Below are positions 37,672-48,276 of a stretch of 64,000 nt of DNA, piece by piece. A program made the position numbers and the translations under genes. The DNA lies in contig OY762940.1 in assembly GCA_963667255.1 (NCBI GenBank), positions 1,472,001 to 1,536,000 of the forward strand, in the 5' to 3' direction. Position 1 is the stretch's first letter; each line of letters opens with the position of its first letter. The notes below the pieces were generated by a model, which was not told where the DNA came from, did not search any database, and was given only the letters and a program-made list of their open reading frames with translations. The DNA comes from Candidatus Cloacimonadota bacterium. Its GTDB lineage: Bacteria > Cloacimonadota > Cloacimonadia > G963667145.

Positions 37672-38847
37672 ATGGAAATTCTTTCGCCAGCCGGCAATTT
37701 GGAAAAATTAAAATACGCACTGCAATATGGAGCAGATGCCGTCTATTGTGCGGGTAAAAAATTCGGGCTCAGAGCAAAAGCGGGTAATTTGTCCAATCAG
37801 GAACTTTTGGCAGCACGCGAGATTTGCACAAAAATGAGCAAAAAACTGTATATCACACTGAATATTTTTGCTCACAACAGCGATTTGCAGGAGTTGCCAG
37901 AATATCTCATTTTTTTGAAAGAGCTGAAGCCCGATGGACTCATAGTCTCCGATGCGGGAATTTTTTCCCTCTGCCAAAAAATTGCTCCGAAACTACCTCT
38001 ACATATCTCCACTCAAGCCAACATAACCAACTGCGAGAGTGCAAGATTTTGGCACAATCAAGGAGCAAAGAGGGTTGTTTTGGCACGAGAGTTAAACTTG
38101 GACGAAATCAAAAAAATCAAGCAAGAAGTCCCCGACTTGGAGCTGGAAATCTTCGTGCACGGAGCTATGTGTATCGCCTATTCCGGCAGATGCCTGCTCT
38201 CAGCCTTCATCAACGAAAGAGGTGCTAACCAAGGAGTCTGCACGCAAGTATGCAGATGGGGTTTCGCCATTAGTGAAAAAAAACACAGTGGTCAATGGTT
38301 TGAACTCCAAGAAGACGATTACGGCTCTTATGTCTTGAATTCAAAAGACTTATGTCTATTAGATTATTTGCAAGAACTGGAAAACATCGGAATAGACAGC
38401 GTGAAAATCGAAGGAAGAATGAAGAGTCTATATTATGTCGCCAATACGGCAAGAGCCTACCATCACGCATTAGACGGCAAAAACGATTTGAAATTCTTCC
38501 ACGAGGAGTTGGACAAAATCAGTCATCGAGAATACAGCACGGGGTTCATTACTTCGCACGGAGAGCAATATTACAAATCTTCCGCTTACATCCGCAACTA
38601 CCAATTCATCGGCACAATCTTGTCTCAAGAGAGCGATTTGCTAAAAATTGACATAAAAGCTAAATTTGAAATCGGCGAAACTATCGAGCTTATTTTCCCC
38701 AATTTTGAAGACGATTTACGATACAAAGTGCAGGAAATTTTTGATGAATCTATGCGACCAATCTCCAAAACAGACCCGAACAGCACGGTGTTTCTCAAGA
38801 TTGATAAAAAACTACCTCCGTTCGGTATAATAAGGAAGAAAATATGA
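37672..38847 (+). CDS. U32-family peptidase (TrhP-like tRNA hydroxylation protein)
   Basis: EILSPAG, GADAVY, HISTQAN, FVHGAMCIAYSGRCLLS and KIEGRMKS motifs. Confidence 0.9.
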   Translation: MEILSPAGNLEKLKYALQYGADAVYCAGKKFGLRAKAGNLSNQELLAAREICTKMSKKLYITLNIFAHNSDLQELPEYLIFLKELKPDGLIVSDAGIFSLCQKIAPKLPLHISTQANITNCESARFWHNQGAKRVVLARELNLDEIKKIKQEVPDLELEIFVHGAMCIAYSGRCLLSAFINERGANQGVCTQVCRWGFAISEKKHSGQWFELQEDDYGSYVLNSKDLCLLDYLQELENIGIDSVKIEGRMKSLYYVANTARAYHHALDGKNDLKFFHEELDKISHREYSTGFITSHGEQYYKSSAYIRNYQFIGTILSQESDLLKIDIKAKFEIGETIELIFPNFEDDLRYKVQEIFDESMRPISKTDPNSTVFLKIDKKLPPFGIIRKKI

Positions 38848-39245
38848 ATTTACAAGATTTGTTCGAAGAAGCGAAAAAAATCAGCAAAAACGCTTACGCT
38901 AAATATTCCGGTTTCCCTTTGGGAGCAGCTTTACTGGGGAAATCGGGCAGAATTTACACGGGTGTCAATGTGGAAAACGCTTCGTTCGGTCTGACCATTT
39001 GTGCCGAACGCTCGGCTGTTTTTTCCGCTGTTAGCCAAGGAGAAAAAGAGTTTTCCGCCCTTGCTGTTTATGTGGACAGTGACTTATCCTTCCCTCCATG
39101 CGGTGCTTGTCGCCAAGTGCTCAGCGAATTTTGTTCTCCAGATATGCCGATTTTATACGGGAATAATCATAAAATAGTGTCAACTACCTTGGGAGAACTT
39201 CTACCCCAAAGTTTTAGCTTGGAAACTGAAAAAAGTATTGACTAA
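38844..39245 (+). CDS. cdd: Cytidine deaminase (homotetrameric)
   Basis: NVENASFGLTICAERSA and PCGACRQ motifs. Confidence 0.96.
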   Translation: MNLQDLFEEAKKISKNAYAKYSGFPLGAALLGKSGRIYTGVNVENASFGLTICAERSAVFSAVSQGEKEFSALAVYVDSDLSFPPCGACRQVLSEFCSPDMPILYGNNHKIVSTTLGELLPQSFSLETEKSID

Positions 39246-39271
39246 AAGAGAAACGAAGAAAAAGTAAAACG

Positions 39272-39880
39272 ATGTTAAAGATTAAAAAATTTGAACTTAA
39301 AAAGCAAAAAGAAACCATTTTGAGCATTCCGGAAATTGTCCTTGAGGACAAGTATAAAAATCTGATTCTCGGTCCAAACGACAAAGGCAAAAGTGCTTTG
39401 CTCAACAGCATTCACTCGGGAGAATGTTTGGACTCCTTTAAGAATAAGGAGAAAAGAATCTGCTCTGTTCTCGTTGATTATCAAAACGGCTTGTTTAACG
39501 AACTCTCTATGTGGAAAAATCTTTGCTTCGGAGTTCCCAAACTAACGGAAACCAAAAAAAATCTCATCAAAACTTTGGCAGAAAAAGTGGAATTGGACAG
39601 ATTTATGTCCAAGAAAGTGGCTTTCTTGAGTTTTTCCAACAAAAAATTGGTGGAATTAATCAGAGCCACAGCCATTATGCCCCTTTTGATTTTGATTGAC
39701 GATTTGGACAAATATTTCGACGAAATTAATTTGATAAAGGCGATAAGCATTTTGTCTTTTGCTTCCAACAACGGCTCGATTATTTTGGCGAGTTCGGGAC
39801 GCAAAATCTTCGGATTTGACAAAAGTTTCATCATAAAAAACGGCACTCTGTGTCCGGAGGGAGAAAACAGTGAGGCATAA
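39272..39880 (+). CDS. Degenerate ABC ATPase (possibly FtsE-like)
   Basis: Walker A-like GPNDKGKS, degenerate signature LSFSNKK, Walker B-like LILIDD. Confidence 0.6.
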   Translation: MLKIKKFELKKQKETILSIPEIVLEDKYKNLILGPNDKGKSALLNSIHSGECLDSFKNKEKRICSVLVDYQNGLFNELSMWKNLCFGVPKLTETKKNLIKTLAEKVELDRFMSKKVAFLSFSNKKLVELIRATAIMPLLILIDDLDKYFDEINLIKAISILSFASNNGSIILASSGRKIFGFDKSFIIKNGTLCPEGENSEA

Positions 39881-40772
39881 CAATTTTACTCATTCTCTGA
39901 TTGTGCTGTTCTATCTGCTCTTTTGGACGGGCTTCAACTTCCTCTTTTGCACGATGATGGAGCAAAATTTCAATCAAGTCTCCGAAATGAAGATAAAAGT
40001 TCTCTCGTCCAATCTCAACACCCTCAAATCTTTGAAATCCGATTTGTTGTCGATAAAAAGCAAGCAAAATAAGATACCACCATCTTTGCAAAAATTCGCC
40101 TATCGCTCTAAGGAACTGACATGGATTGCCAACCAAAAATCGGTTTCTTTGTTCGGGCAACTCAGCATCTCTTCCAATCGAAATCTCACCGAGCAACTTC
40201 TGAATAAATACAATATCAAAGAAAACTATCCATTGGAAGAGAGCCTCGGCAAAATCCCAAACATCTTGACAATCCAAAATAACGGGCAATTGCTCACGAC
40301 CAAAGCATTTACCGAGCAACTTCAACTATTCCAAAAATATCAAGCCAACACTCTGCTCAAAGGACCTGTGCACGAAATGGGCGAAAAACTGAAAGAGAAA
40401 AATCTGATGAATAAAATCTATTGGCTCTCCAATATTTCCCTCGTGTTTTTCCTCATCATCCTCTTGCACTCGATGCGAAAATCTACCATTTGGTTTAATC
40501 ATCACAGATGGGAAGTTTACAAAAAGCTTGGCGTTAAAGTTTCCAGCCGAAGAAAAAGCATGTTTGCAAGCTCATTTCTTTATCTGTTTTTGCCTATTCT
40601 GTTCAATGTCATCTTGCTCCTATTTACCAGCAAATACAATCTGTTTTTCAAATTCAAAATCAGCTACCCTTCCATTTTGAGACTTTTTGTCTTTCTACCG
40701 TTGATGGAGGAAGGAAGTGTTTTGCTCTCTTGCATTTTCACACAAATTCGTTTCAAGGGTCTGACTAAATGA
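39870..40772 (+). CDS. Hypothetical 4-TM membrane protein with FtsX-like topology
   Basis: One TM, a large extracytoplasmic loop, then 3 TMs; EVYKKLG resembles the FtsX EI..LVG segment. Overlaps the ATPase gene. Confidence 0.5.
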   Translation: MRHNNFTHSLIVLFYLLFWTGFNFLFCTMMEQNFNQVSEMKIKVLSSNLNTLKSLKSDLLSIKSKQNKIPPSLQKFAYRSKELTWIANQKSVSLFGQLSISSNRNLTEQLLNKYNIKENYPLEESLGKIPNILTIQNNGQLLTTKAFTEQLQLFQKYQANTLLKGPVHEMGEKLKEKNLMNKIYWLSNISLVFFLIILLHSMRKSTIWFNHHRWEVYKKLGVKVSSRRKSMFASSFLYLFLPILFNVILLLFTSKYNLFFKFKISYPSILRLFVFLPLMEEGSVLLSCIFTQIRFKGLTK

Positions 40773-41332
40773 AAAAATTTCTACCCAATATTTTAACAAT
40801 CTCCAGAGTTCTCTTAATCCCCGTTTTTTGGTGGTGTCTGGTAGAGATGAAAGAGCCGTGGAACATTTTTTACTCCATGATTATCTTCATAGTTGCCTCT
40901 ATCACGGACTATTATGATGGAAAATTCGCCCGCAAATATAATGTAACAAATTTCGGTAAAATTATGGACCCGATTGCGGACAAAGGCTTGATTGGTGTTG
41001 CTTTTTACTTGCTTACCATACCGCCTTTTTCTCTCGTGAGCCTTTGGCCTTTGTTTGTGGTGCTATTTAGAGAATTTTTGGTTACGGCTCTCAGAAGCTA
41101 TTACATCAAGAAAAACATTTTCATACCTGCCAATTTTTGGGGCAAACTGAAGACGGGAACTCAAATAGGTGTCGTTATCGCAGCTTTTGTCTTCCAACTT
41201 GCCAAAGTTTGCTTGAACTTGCCACCTGTTGTTGCTGATATTTTGGATACAGTCATAATCGTTGCCATTTGGATAACCGTGCTAATAACAATCGCATCTG
41301 GAGTTACATATTTCTTTGGAGATAAAAAATGA
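40769..41332 (+). CDS. pgsA: CDP-diacylglycerol--glycerol-3-phosphate 3-phosphatidyltransferase
   Basis: PNILTISR, TDYYDGKFARK..VTNFGKIMDPIADK and GKLKT motifs. Confidence 0.93.
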   Translation: MKKFLPNILTISRVLLIPVFWWCLVEMKEPWNIFYSMIIFIVASITDYYDGKFARKYNVTNFGKIMDPIADKGLIGVAFYLLTIPPFSLVSLWPLFVVLFREFLVTALRSYYIKKNIFIPANFWGKLKTGTQIGVVIAAFVFQLAKVCLNLPPVVADILDTVIIVAIWITVLITIASGVTYFFGDKK

Positions 41333-42507
41333 AACGAGTTATTTTGATAGTATTGGACGGTGTAGGAGTCGGATATTTGCCTGATGCCGGGAAGTTTGGC
41401 GACAAAGGGGCTGCCACTATCCCGAATATTGCCACCAAACTGGGCGGATTAGATTTACCCAATTTGCAAAGTTTGGGACTGGGAAACATTGTCCCCATTT
41501 TAGGCGTTGATACTTGCGACAATCCACTGGCTGCAACTGGCAAATTGGCGGAAATTTCCAATTCAAAAGATTCCATTTCTGGACATTGGGAGATTGCAGG
41601 GATTATCCCGACATTGAATTTCGACTATTTCCCCGATGGATTTTCAGATGCCATTATCGATAAGTTTGTGGAACTCACAGGCGTTCCGGGAGTTTTGCTA
41701 AACAAACCATATTCTGGCACTGACGCTATCGCCGAGTATGGAGAGGAGCACATCAAAAGCAAAAAGCCCATAGTTTACACCTCCGCCGACAGTGTTTTCC
41801 AAATAGCTTGTCACGAAGAGATTTATCCCATAGACAAGCTTTACGAAATGTGTGAAATCGCAAGGCACAAAGTTTTCGATGCCGAAACTTGCATCGGCAG
41901 AGTCATCGCACGACCTTTCCTCGGAGAAAATTCCCAAAATTTCTACCGAACTGGAAACCGAAAAGATTATGCCATCTCTCCCACAGGCAAAACTGTTCTC
42001 GATTTTTTGAAAGATAACGGCAAAGAAGTATTGGGCATCGGCAAAATCGAAGACCTTTTCAATAGACAAGGTTTGACCAAAATCGACCATACCAAAACTA
42101 ACCAAGAAGGAATCGCTTCCACCATTAAGAATATTAAAGAATTTAAACACGAAGGTCTTATCTTTACCAATCTTGTGGATTTTGACAGCAAATGGGGGCA
42201 CAGAAATTTGCCTCAAGATTTTGCCGACGGACTAAAATATTTTGACAACGAACTGCCCAAAATACTGAATGTTATGCAAGAGGAAGATATATTGATTATC
42301 ACTGCCGACCACGGATGTGACCCAACATTCCCGGGAACAGACCACACACGAGAATACACTCCACTACTTGTTGTCGGAGCAAAGGTGCAACCGCAAGACC
42401 TTGGAATTAGAGAAAGTTTTGCCGATATAGGCTCAACAATCGCCGAATATTTTAACATCAATACCAACTTGGTTGGTAAATCTTTTTTGAGAGAAATTTG
42501 TAAATGA
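41329..42507 (+). CDS. deoB: Phosphopentomutase
   Basis: VLDGVGVG, GHWEIAG, YTSADSVFQIA, NLVDFD..WGHR and TADHGCDPT..GTDHTRE motifs. Confidence 0.96.
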   Translation: MKRVILIVLDGVGVGYLPDAGKFGDKGAATIPNIATKLGGLDLPNLQSLGLGNIVPILGVDTCDNPLAATGKLAEISNSKDSISGHWEIAGIIPTLNFDYFPDGFSDAIIDKFVELTGVPGVLLNKPYSGTDAIAEYGEEHIKSKKPIVYTSADSVFQIACHEEIYPIDKLYEMCEIARHKVFDAETCIGRVIARPFLGENSQNFYRTGNRKDYAISPTGKTVLDFLKDNGKEVLGIGKIEDLFNRQGLTKIDHTKTNQEGIASTIKNIKEFKHEGLIFTNLVDFDSKWGHRNLPQDFADGLKYFDNELPKILNVMQEEDILIITADHGCDPTFPGTDHTREYTPLLVVGAKVQPQDLGIRESFADIGSTIAEYFNINTNLVGKSFLREICK

Positions 42508-43586
42508 CAACTCCTACTGAAAACCACGACACGACTTATAAAATTATAAGCTTTTCTTTACTTTTGATTTCTATCACTATCAGCATCATCGCCATGAAAA
42601 ATTTGCAATCGCTCTTCATTCCCCTGATGTTCGCCATCTTCTTCACCTTTCTTTTCGACCCGTTTCATAGATTTTTGACAAGTAAGAAAGTGCCAAACTC
42701 TTTGGCGGTTATCATTGTTTTGGTTATCGTGTTTAGCGTAATGTATTTAATCGGCTACCTAATTTTTATCGGGGCTCAATCTTTTGTGAAAGAGTTCCCA
42801 AAATATGAAGACATTCTTTCGGCGAGATTTAGCTCTACCGTCGAAACACTAAAAATATATTTGCCCGACTTAAATTTAGACCTCAAAGACTATTTACTCA
42901 AAATCGACTGGGCAAGTATGTGGGACAGATTGTCAGTTTCCAAAATATTGAAAACCACAATGGGAACTTTCGTAGATTTCTTGGTGAAACTTTTACTTTC
43001 CCTTATCTTTATGCTCTTCCTCATGACTAGCAAAGACAAGTTGATAAAATCTTTGGAGATTTCTCAAAAAGAGAAATTCGGTCGCTCCAACTTAAATCGT
43101 TCCATCCGCAAAATTGAAAACTCAATCGGTAAATATTTTGCCGTAAAATCACTAATCTCTTTTGGCACTGCATTAGTCGGGATGTTTTTTATGAGTATTT
43201 TCGGAATAGATTTTGTTTTATTCAGCGGACTGCTTTTATTCTTCTTCAACTTCATCCCAAACTTCGGCTCAATTACCGCTTCTGCTTTCCCTGTTCTTGT
43301 CGGATTTTTGGAATATGGACTAAGCTGGGAACCTTTCGCCATTGCCATTTCATTAACCGTTACACAATTTACCTTTGGCAATCTGTTAGAACCAAAATAT
43401 ATCGGGAATACTCTCAATATTTCTCCCCTATTTATCCTTCTTTCATTAATTTTTTGGGGATGGGTTTGGGGTGCAGTAGGTATGGTTTTAGCCATTCCTC
43501 TGACTTCTTGCATCAATCTAATAATAAAGGAAATCCCCTCTATGCGAACCATCTCTATTCTGCTCAGCGGAGAAATAGATGAGTAG
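42504..43586 (+). CDS. AI-2E family transporter
   Basis: Multi-TM; NFIPNFGS, GNLLEPK and FWGWVWGAVGMVLAIPL motifs. Confidence 0.9.
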   Translation: MTTPTENHDTTYKIISFSLLLISITISIIAMKNLQSLFIPLMFAIFFTFLFDPFHRFLTSKKVPNSLAVIIVLVIVFSVMYLIGYLIFIGAQSFVKEFPKYEDILSARFSSTVETLKIYLPDLNLDLKDYLLKIDWASMWDRLSVSKILKTTMGTFVDFLVKLLLSLIFMLFLMTSKDKLIKSLEISQKEKFGRSNLNRSIRKIENSIGKYFAVKSLISFGTALVGMFFMSIFGIDFVLFSGLLLFFFNFIPNFGSITASAFPVLVGFLEYGLSWEPFAIAISLTVTQFTFGNLLEPKYIGNTLNISPLFILLSLIFWGWVWGAVGMVLAIPLTSCINLIIKEIPSMRTISILLSGEIDE

Positions 43587-44247
43587 AGGGTGGACAAATC
43601 TACTGAAACGACCAGACATCATAGCGAAATTAGAAAAATTTATCTATGAATTGCCTGATGATTATAAAAAATCGGAAGACGAAATATCTTTAAATTTAAA
43701 CGATTTTTTCGAAAATTCTGCTCTCCCCCTCGAACTTGAAATCGGTTGTGGTAAAGGAGAGTTCATTGCTCATAAGTCAAACTCTGAGAAGGAAATAAAT
43801 TTTGTCGGAATAGAAGTGAAACCAAAAAGAATCGTTTCGATTGTGCAAAAACTCGACCTTGAAACAAACAAAAATATAAAGATACTAAATTTTTTTTTGG
43901 ATAAAGAGTCCGTTAAGCTTCTTTCCGGTAGCACTTTTGAGAAAATATACATAAACTATCCGGACCCGTGGCCGAAAAAGAGACATCACAAAAAAAGATT
44001 GATTGATGCTGAATTTGTGAATTTGCTTTTGTTATTGTTGGAAGAAAAAGGCATATTGCAAATCATCACAGACAACAAAAACTATGCGGAACAAATAAAA
44101 GCCGTGCTTGAAGAAAACAAAAACTTGTGTGAAGTTGATGATTGTGCGAGAAAAAAACTTTTGACTGACAGAAAAACAACCTATTTCGAAGAGATAAAAA
44201 GGGAAGAAGGCTTTGAACCCAACATTTTTCTTTTTCAAAAAATATAA
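43579..44247 (+). CDS. trmB: tRNA (guanine-N7)-methyltransferase
   Basis: LEIGCGKG, YPDPWPKKRHHKKR, TD.KNY and TYFE motifs. Confidence 0.93.
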   Translation: MSRGWTNLLKRPDIIAKLEKFIYELPDDYKKSEDEISLNLNDFFENSALPLELEIGCGKGEFIAHKSNSEKEINFVGIEVKPKRIVSIVQKLDLETNKNIKILNFFLDKESVKLLSGSTFEKIYINYPDPWPKKRHHKKRLIDAEFVNLLLLLLEEKGILQIITDNKNYAEQIKAVLEENKNLCEVDDCARKKLLTDRKTTYFEEIKREEGFEPNIFLFQKI

Positions 44248-44272
44248 TAATTAAATCATTAGAGGAGATATC

Positions 44273-44941
44273 ATGGCAGAAAATTTTATAACTTTCAAAA
44301 AATGCGTAGCATATCTACGAATTAATGAAACAATTTTGGACGAATTAATCAAAGTAAACAATTTCAAAACCGTAAAATCAGGGAAAACCGTTAAATTGGA
44401 CAAAGATGAGATTGACGAATGGATTTCCAATTTGGAAGAAAGAGAGCAAAATCAACTCGCTATTCAAAGAATTACCTGTAGATTTTCGGACTACATAAAA
44501 CTGGAATATATTAAGCTGAATTTTGAGGCTTCCAATAAATTTGACGCTATTGCCAAAATTTCCCGTTTCGCCAAAGATTGCGAGGTTATTCAAAACGAAA
44601 GATGGCTAAACGAAACCATCGTAGCCAGAGAAAACATGGCGACCACTGCCGTCGGCGAGGGTATCGCCTTTCTCCATACTAGAGCTCCTCACCCCACTAA
44701 AATTAACACTGCCAGTGTTCTTTTGGTAAAATCAGAAAAAGGGATCAATTTTGGAGCCCTTGACAACAAACCAGTGCACCTGCTGTTTCTCCTATTACTC
44801 AAAAACGAAAAGGAACACCTTTTTTCTCTATCTTATCTAAACAAAGTAATGTTGAACAAAAAAAATATGGATATATTGAAAAACAGCAAAAATTCACAAG
44901 AAATATTTAATACATTGCTTAACCCCAACTTCGAATTTTAA
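44273..44941 (+). CDS. PTS IIA (Ntr/Fru-type) domain protein with N-terminal excisionase-like HTH
   Basis: N-terminal AYLRI...EIDEW; RENMATTAVGEGIAFLH phospho-His motif; INFGALDNKPVHL. Confidence 0.85.
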   Translation: MAENFITFKKCVAYLRINETILDELIKVNNFKTVKSGKTVKLDKDEIDEWISNLEEREQNQLAIQRITCRFSDYIKLEYIKLNFEASNKFDAIAKISRFAKDCEVIQNERWLNETIVARENMATTAVGEGIAFLHTRAPHPTKINTASVLLVKSEKGINFGALDNKPVHLLFLLLLKNEKEHLFSLSYLNKVMLNKKNMDILKNSKNSQEIFNTLLNPNFEF

Positions 44942-45090
44942 CATAACGGCAAAACATATTTTAGGATAAATTATTTTTTTAAACTTTTTCTGTTTTTCTG
45001 TTTGACAGAAAAACCGTTTTTATCATGTATCGTTCCAATAAAAATTAGTTCTCGTCGTGGAACTAAAAAAATCTGCAAAAGGTATAGGCA

Positions 45091-45171
45091 ATGAATAGTA
45101 AAAATATTTTTTCTTCTTTCACTGTAGAAGTCCTATACCTAATTTCTGTCATTATTATTGTCCTCGTTTAG
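45091..45171 (+). CDS. Ile/Leu/Val-rich leader peptide (MNSKNIFSSFTVEVLYLISVIIIVLV)
   Basis: 26-codon ORF directly upstream of the ilv-leu operon; 12 of the last 15 codons are I/L/V. Confidence 0.8.
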   Translation: MNSKNIFSSFTVEVLYLISVIIIVLV

Positions 45172-45205
45172 CTGTCTCTGTATTTCCAAATTTTATAGAG
45201 GCAGC
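45171..45205 (+). promoter_or_regulatory. Attenuator-like hairpin after the leader peptide
   Basis: 12-bp stem GCTGTCTCTGTA/TATAGAGGCAGC (2 G-U pairs), no downstream U-tract. Confidence 0.55.
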
Positions 45206-45242
45206 GAAAATCACAAAAATCCCATTATTTTAGGAGAGCTAT

Positions 45243-45722
45243 ATGAAAAAAAAAGTTTTATCATTATTAGTAAAAAATCATTCAGGTGTTTTAAGCAAAA
45301 TTGCACTGCTTTTCACAAGGAGAGGATATAATATCCATTCCCTATCTGTCGGAACTACGGAAAATCCGAAACGCTCAAGAATGACCATAGAAGTGATAGA
45401 AGATAGTAAGATGATGGACCAAATCATCAAACAACTAAAAAAACTTTTGGATGTGATAGAGGTAAATTGTCACACCAAAGAAGATTCGGTTATCCAAGAT
45501 TTGTGCCTAATAAAAATAAAAATTACCGGTGCGGAAGAAACAAACAAAATAATCGTTCTTGCCCGAGAGTTTAATGTGCCTATTGTAAATTTCAGCGAAA
45601 ACTCAATGATAGTGGAATTTGTGGGCAGAGAAAGAAAAATGGAAGATTTTTTGGCGTGTCTAAAAGATTTTGAAATATTAGAATACATACAAACAGGCGT
45701 AACAGCCATGAAAAAAAATTAA
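45243..45722 (+). CDS. ilvN: Acetolactate synthase small subunit
   Basis: N.SGVLSKI..LFTRRGYNI.SL ACT domain. Confidence 0.93.
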   Translation: MKKKVLSLLVKNHSGVLSKIALLFTRRGYNIHSLSVGTTENPKRSRMTIEVIEDSKMMDQIIKQLKKLLDVIEVNCHTKEDSVIQDLCLIKIKITGAEETNKIIVLAREFNVPIVNFSENSMIVEFVGRERKMEDFLACLKDFEILEYIQTGVTAMKKN

Positions 45723-46733
<1,011 letters not shown>

Positions 46734-46752
46734 TAAAATTTTAGGAGTTATA

Positions 46753-48276
46753 ATGGCTGGAACCATCAAAATTTTCGACACCACATTGAGAGACGGAGAA
46801 CAATCTCCGGGATGCTCAATGACCTTAAAAGAGAAGATACAGATTGCTCAACAATTGGAAAAACTCGGTGTCGATGTTATTGAAGCTGGATTTGCCATAT
46901 CTTCGAACGAAGATTTCGAATCAATTTCAGAAATAGCAAAAATCGTAAAAAATGCGAGTGTTGCCTCTTTGGCAAGAGCTGCCAAACCCGATGTTGACAG
47001 GGCTTGGCAAGCTGTTAAGCATGCTAAAAAGCCGAGAATACATATTTTCATCGCTACCTCGGACATTCATTTGGAATACAAATTGAAAATGTCCAGAGAA
47101 GAGGCTCTAAAGCAAGCAAGAGAGATGGTAGCCTACGGGAAATCTTTGTGCGATGACATCGAATTTTCCGCCGAAGATGCAACAAGAAGCGACAAAGACT
47201 ACTTGGTAGAGGTTTTTACTTCCGTTATCGATGCTGGTGCAACCGTTATCAATGTTCCTGACACTGTTGGGTTTACCACTCCTACCGAATATTACGACCT
47301 CATTTCCTACCTCAAGAAAAATGTAAAAAACATCGATAAAGCGACTATCTCTGTTCATTGTCACAACGATTTGGGCTTGAGCGTAGCCAACTCTTTGGCA
47401 GCGATAAAAGCGGGAGCAGGACAAGTGGAATGCACTATCAACGGCATCGGCGAGAGAGCAGGCAACGCAGCTTTGGAAGAGGTCGTTATGAGCCTTGAGG
47501 TTCGCAAAGACATTTTTGGCACAACAACCAACATTAACACAAAAGAGATTTATCGCAGTTCAAACTTGGTAAGCTCAATAACGGGTAGTCTGGTGCAAGC
47601 CAACAAAGCGATTGTCGGTAAAAACGCTTTTGCTCACGAAGCCGGTATCCACCAGCACGGAGTCATGACTAACAAAAAAACTTACGAGATTATGACTCCT
47701 CAATCTGTCGGTGTCCCTCAGAACTCTTTTGTTTTGGGCAAGCATTCTGGGAAGCACGCTTTTAGCAATAAATTGGAAGAACTTGGATACTCGTTCGAAT
47801 CTGAACAAATCGAAGAGCTTTTTGTTGCTTTCAAAAATTTGGCAGACAAGAAAAAAGATATCTCCGATTTGGATTTGGAAGCCTTGGCTCAAAACAAGAT
47901 TACCAGAAACAGCAAACCGAAATACACAATCCAAAACTTTACATTTAACTCTGGGAGTGCTATCACTCCGACAGTTAGCCTCTCTTTGTTTGTTGATAAA
48001 AAAGAGAATATTCAAACTGTTTGCCACGGAGACGGACTAGTGGATGCCGCTTTCAAAGCGATTGAAGAGTTAGTCGAGAGAGAATACACTTTGTGCAAAT
48101 ATGTTGTGAAAGGTATCGGAGACGGTGAGGACGCTCAAGGTCAAGTGAGCATTACACTCAAAGACAAGTTGACCCAAAAATCCGCTAACGGATACGGACT
48201 TGCCACAGATGTAGTGGAAGCGAGCATAAAGGCATATTTGCATGCAGTTAATAAATTGGAAATATTATGCAATTAG
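46753..48276 (+). CDS. leuA: 2-isopropylmalate synthase
   Basis: [36 protein letters not shown] and GKHSG motifs. Confidence 0.95.
   Translation: MAGTIKIFDTTLRDGEQSPGCSMTLKEKIQIAQQLEKLGVDVIEAGFAISSNEDFESISEIAKIVKNASVASLARAAKPDVDRAWQAVKHAKKPRIHIFIATSDIHLEYKLKMSREEALKQAREMVAYGKSLCDDIEFSAEDATRSDKDYLVEVFTSVIDAGATVINVPDTVGFTTPTEYYDLISYLKKNVKNIDKATISVHCHNDLGLSVANSLAAIKAGAGQVECTINGIGERAGNAALEEVVMSLEVRKDIFGTTTNINTKEIYRSSNLVSSITGSLVQANKAIVGKNAFAHEAGIHQHGVMTNKKTYEIMTPQSVGVPQNSFVLGKHSGKHAFSNKLEELGYSFESEQIEELFVAFKNLADKKKDISDLDLEALAQNKITRNSKPKYTIQNFTFNSGSAITPTVSLSLFVDKKENIQTVCHGDGLVDAAFKAIEELVEREYTLCKYVVKGIGDGEDAQGQVSITLKDKLTQKSANGYGLATDVVEASIKAYLHAVNKLEILCN

Noticed and set aside
45000..45240. T-box riboswitch upstream of ilvN
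   Set aside because: No GGTGGNACCGCG T-box consensus and no U-tailed terminator; the leader peptide explains the region better.
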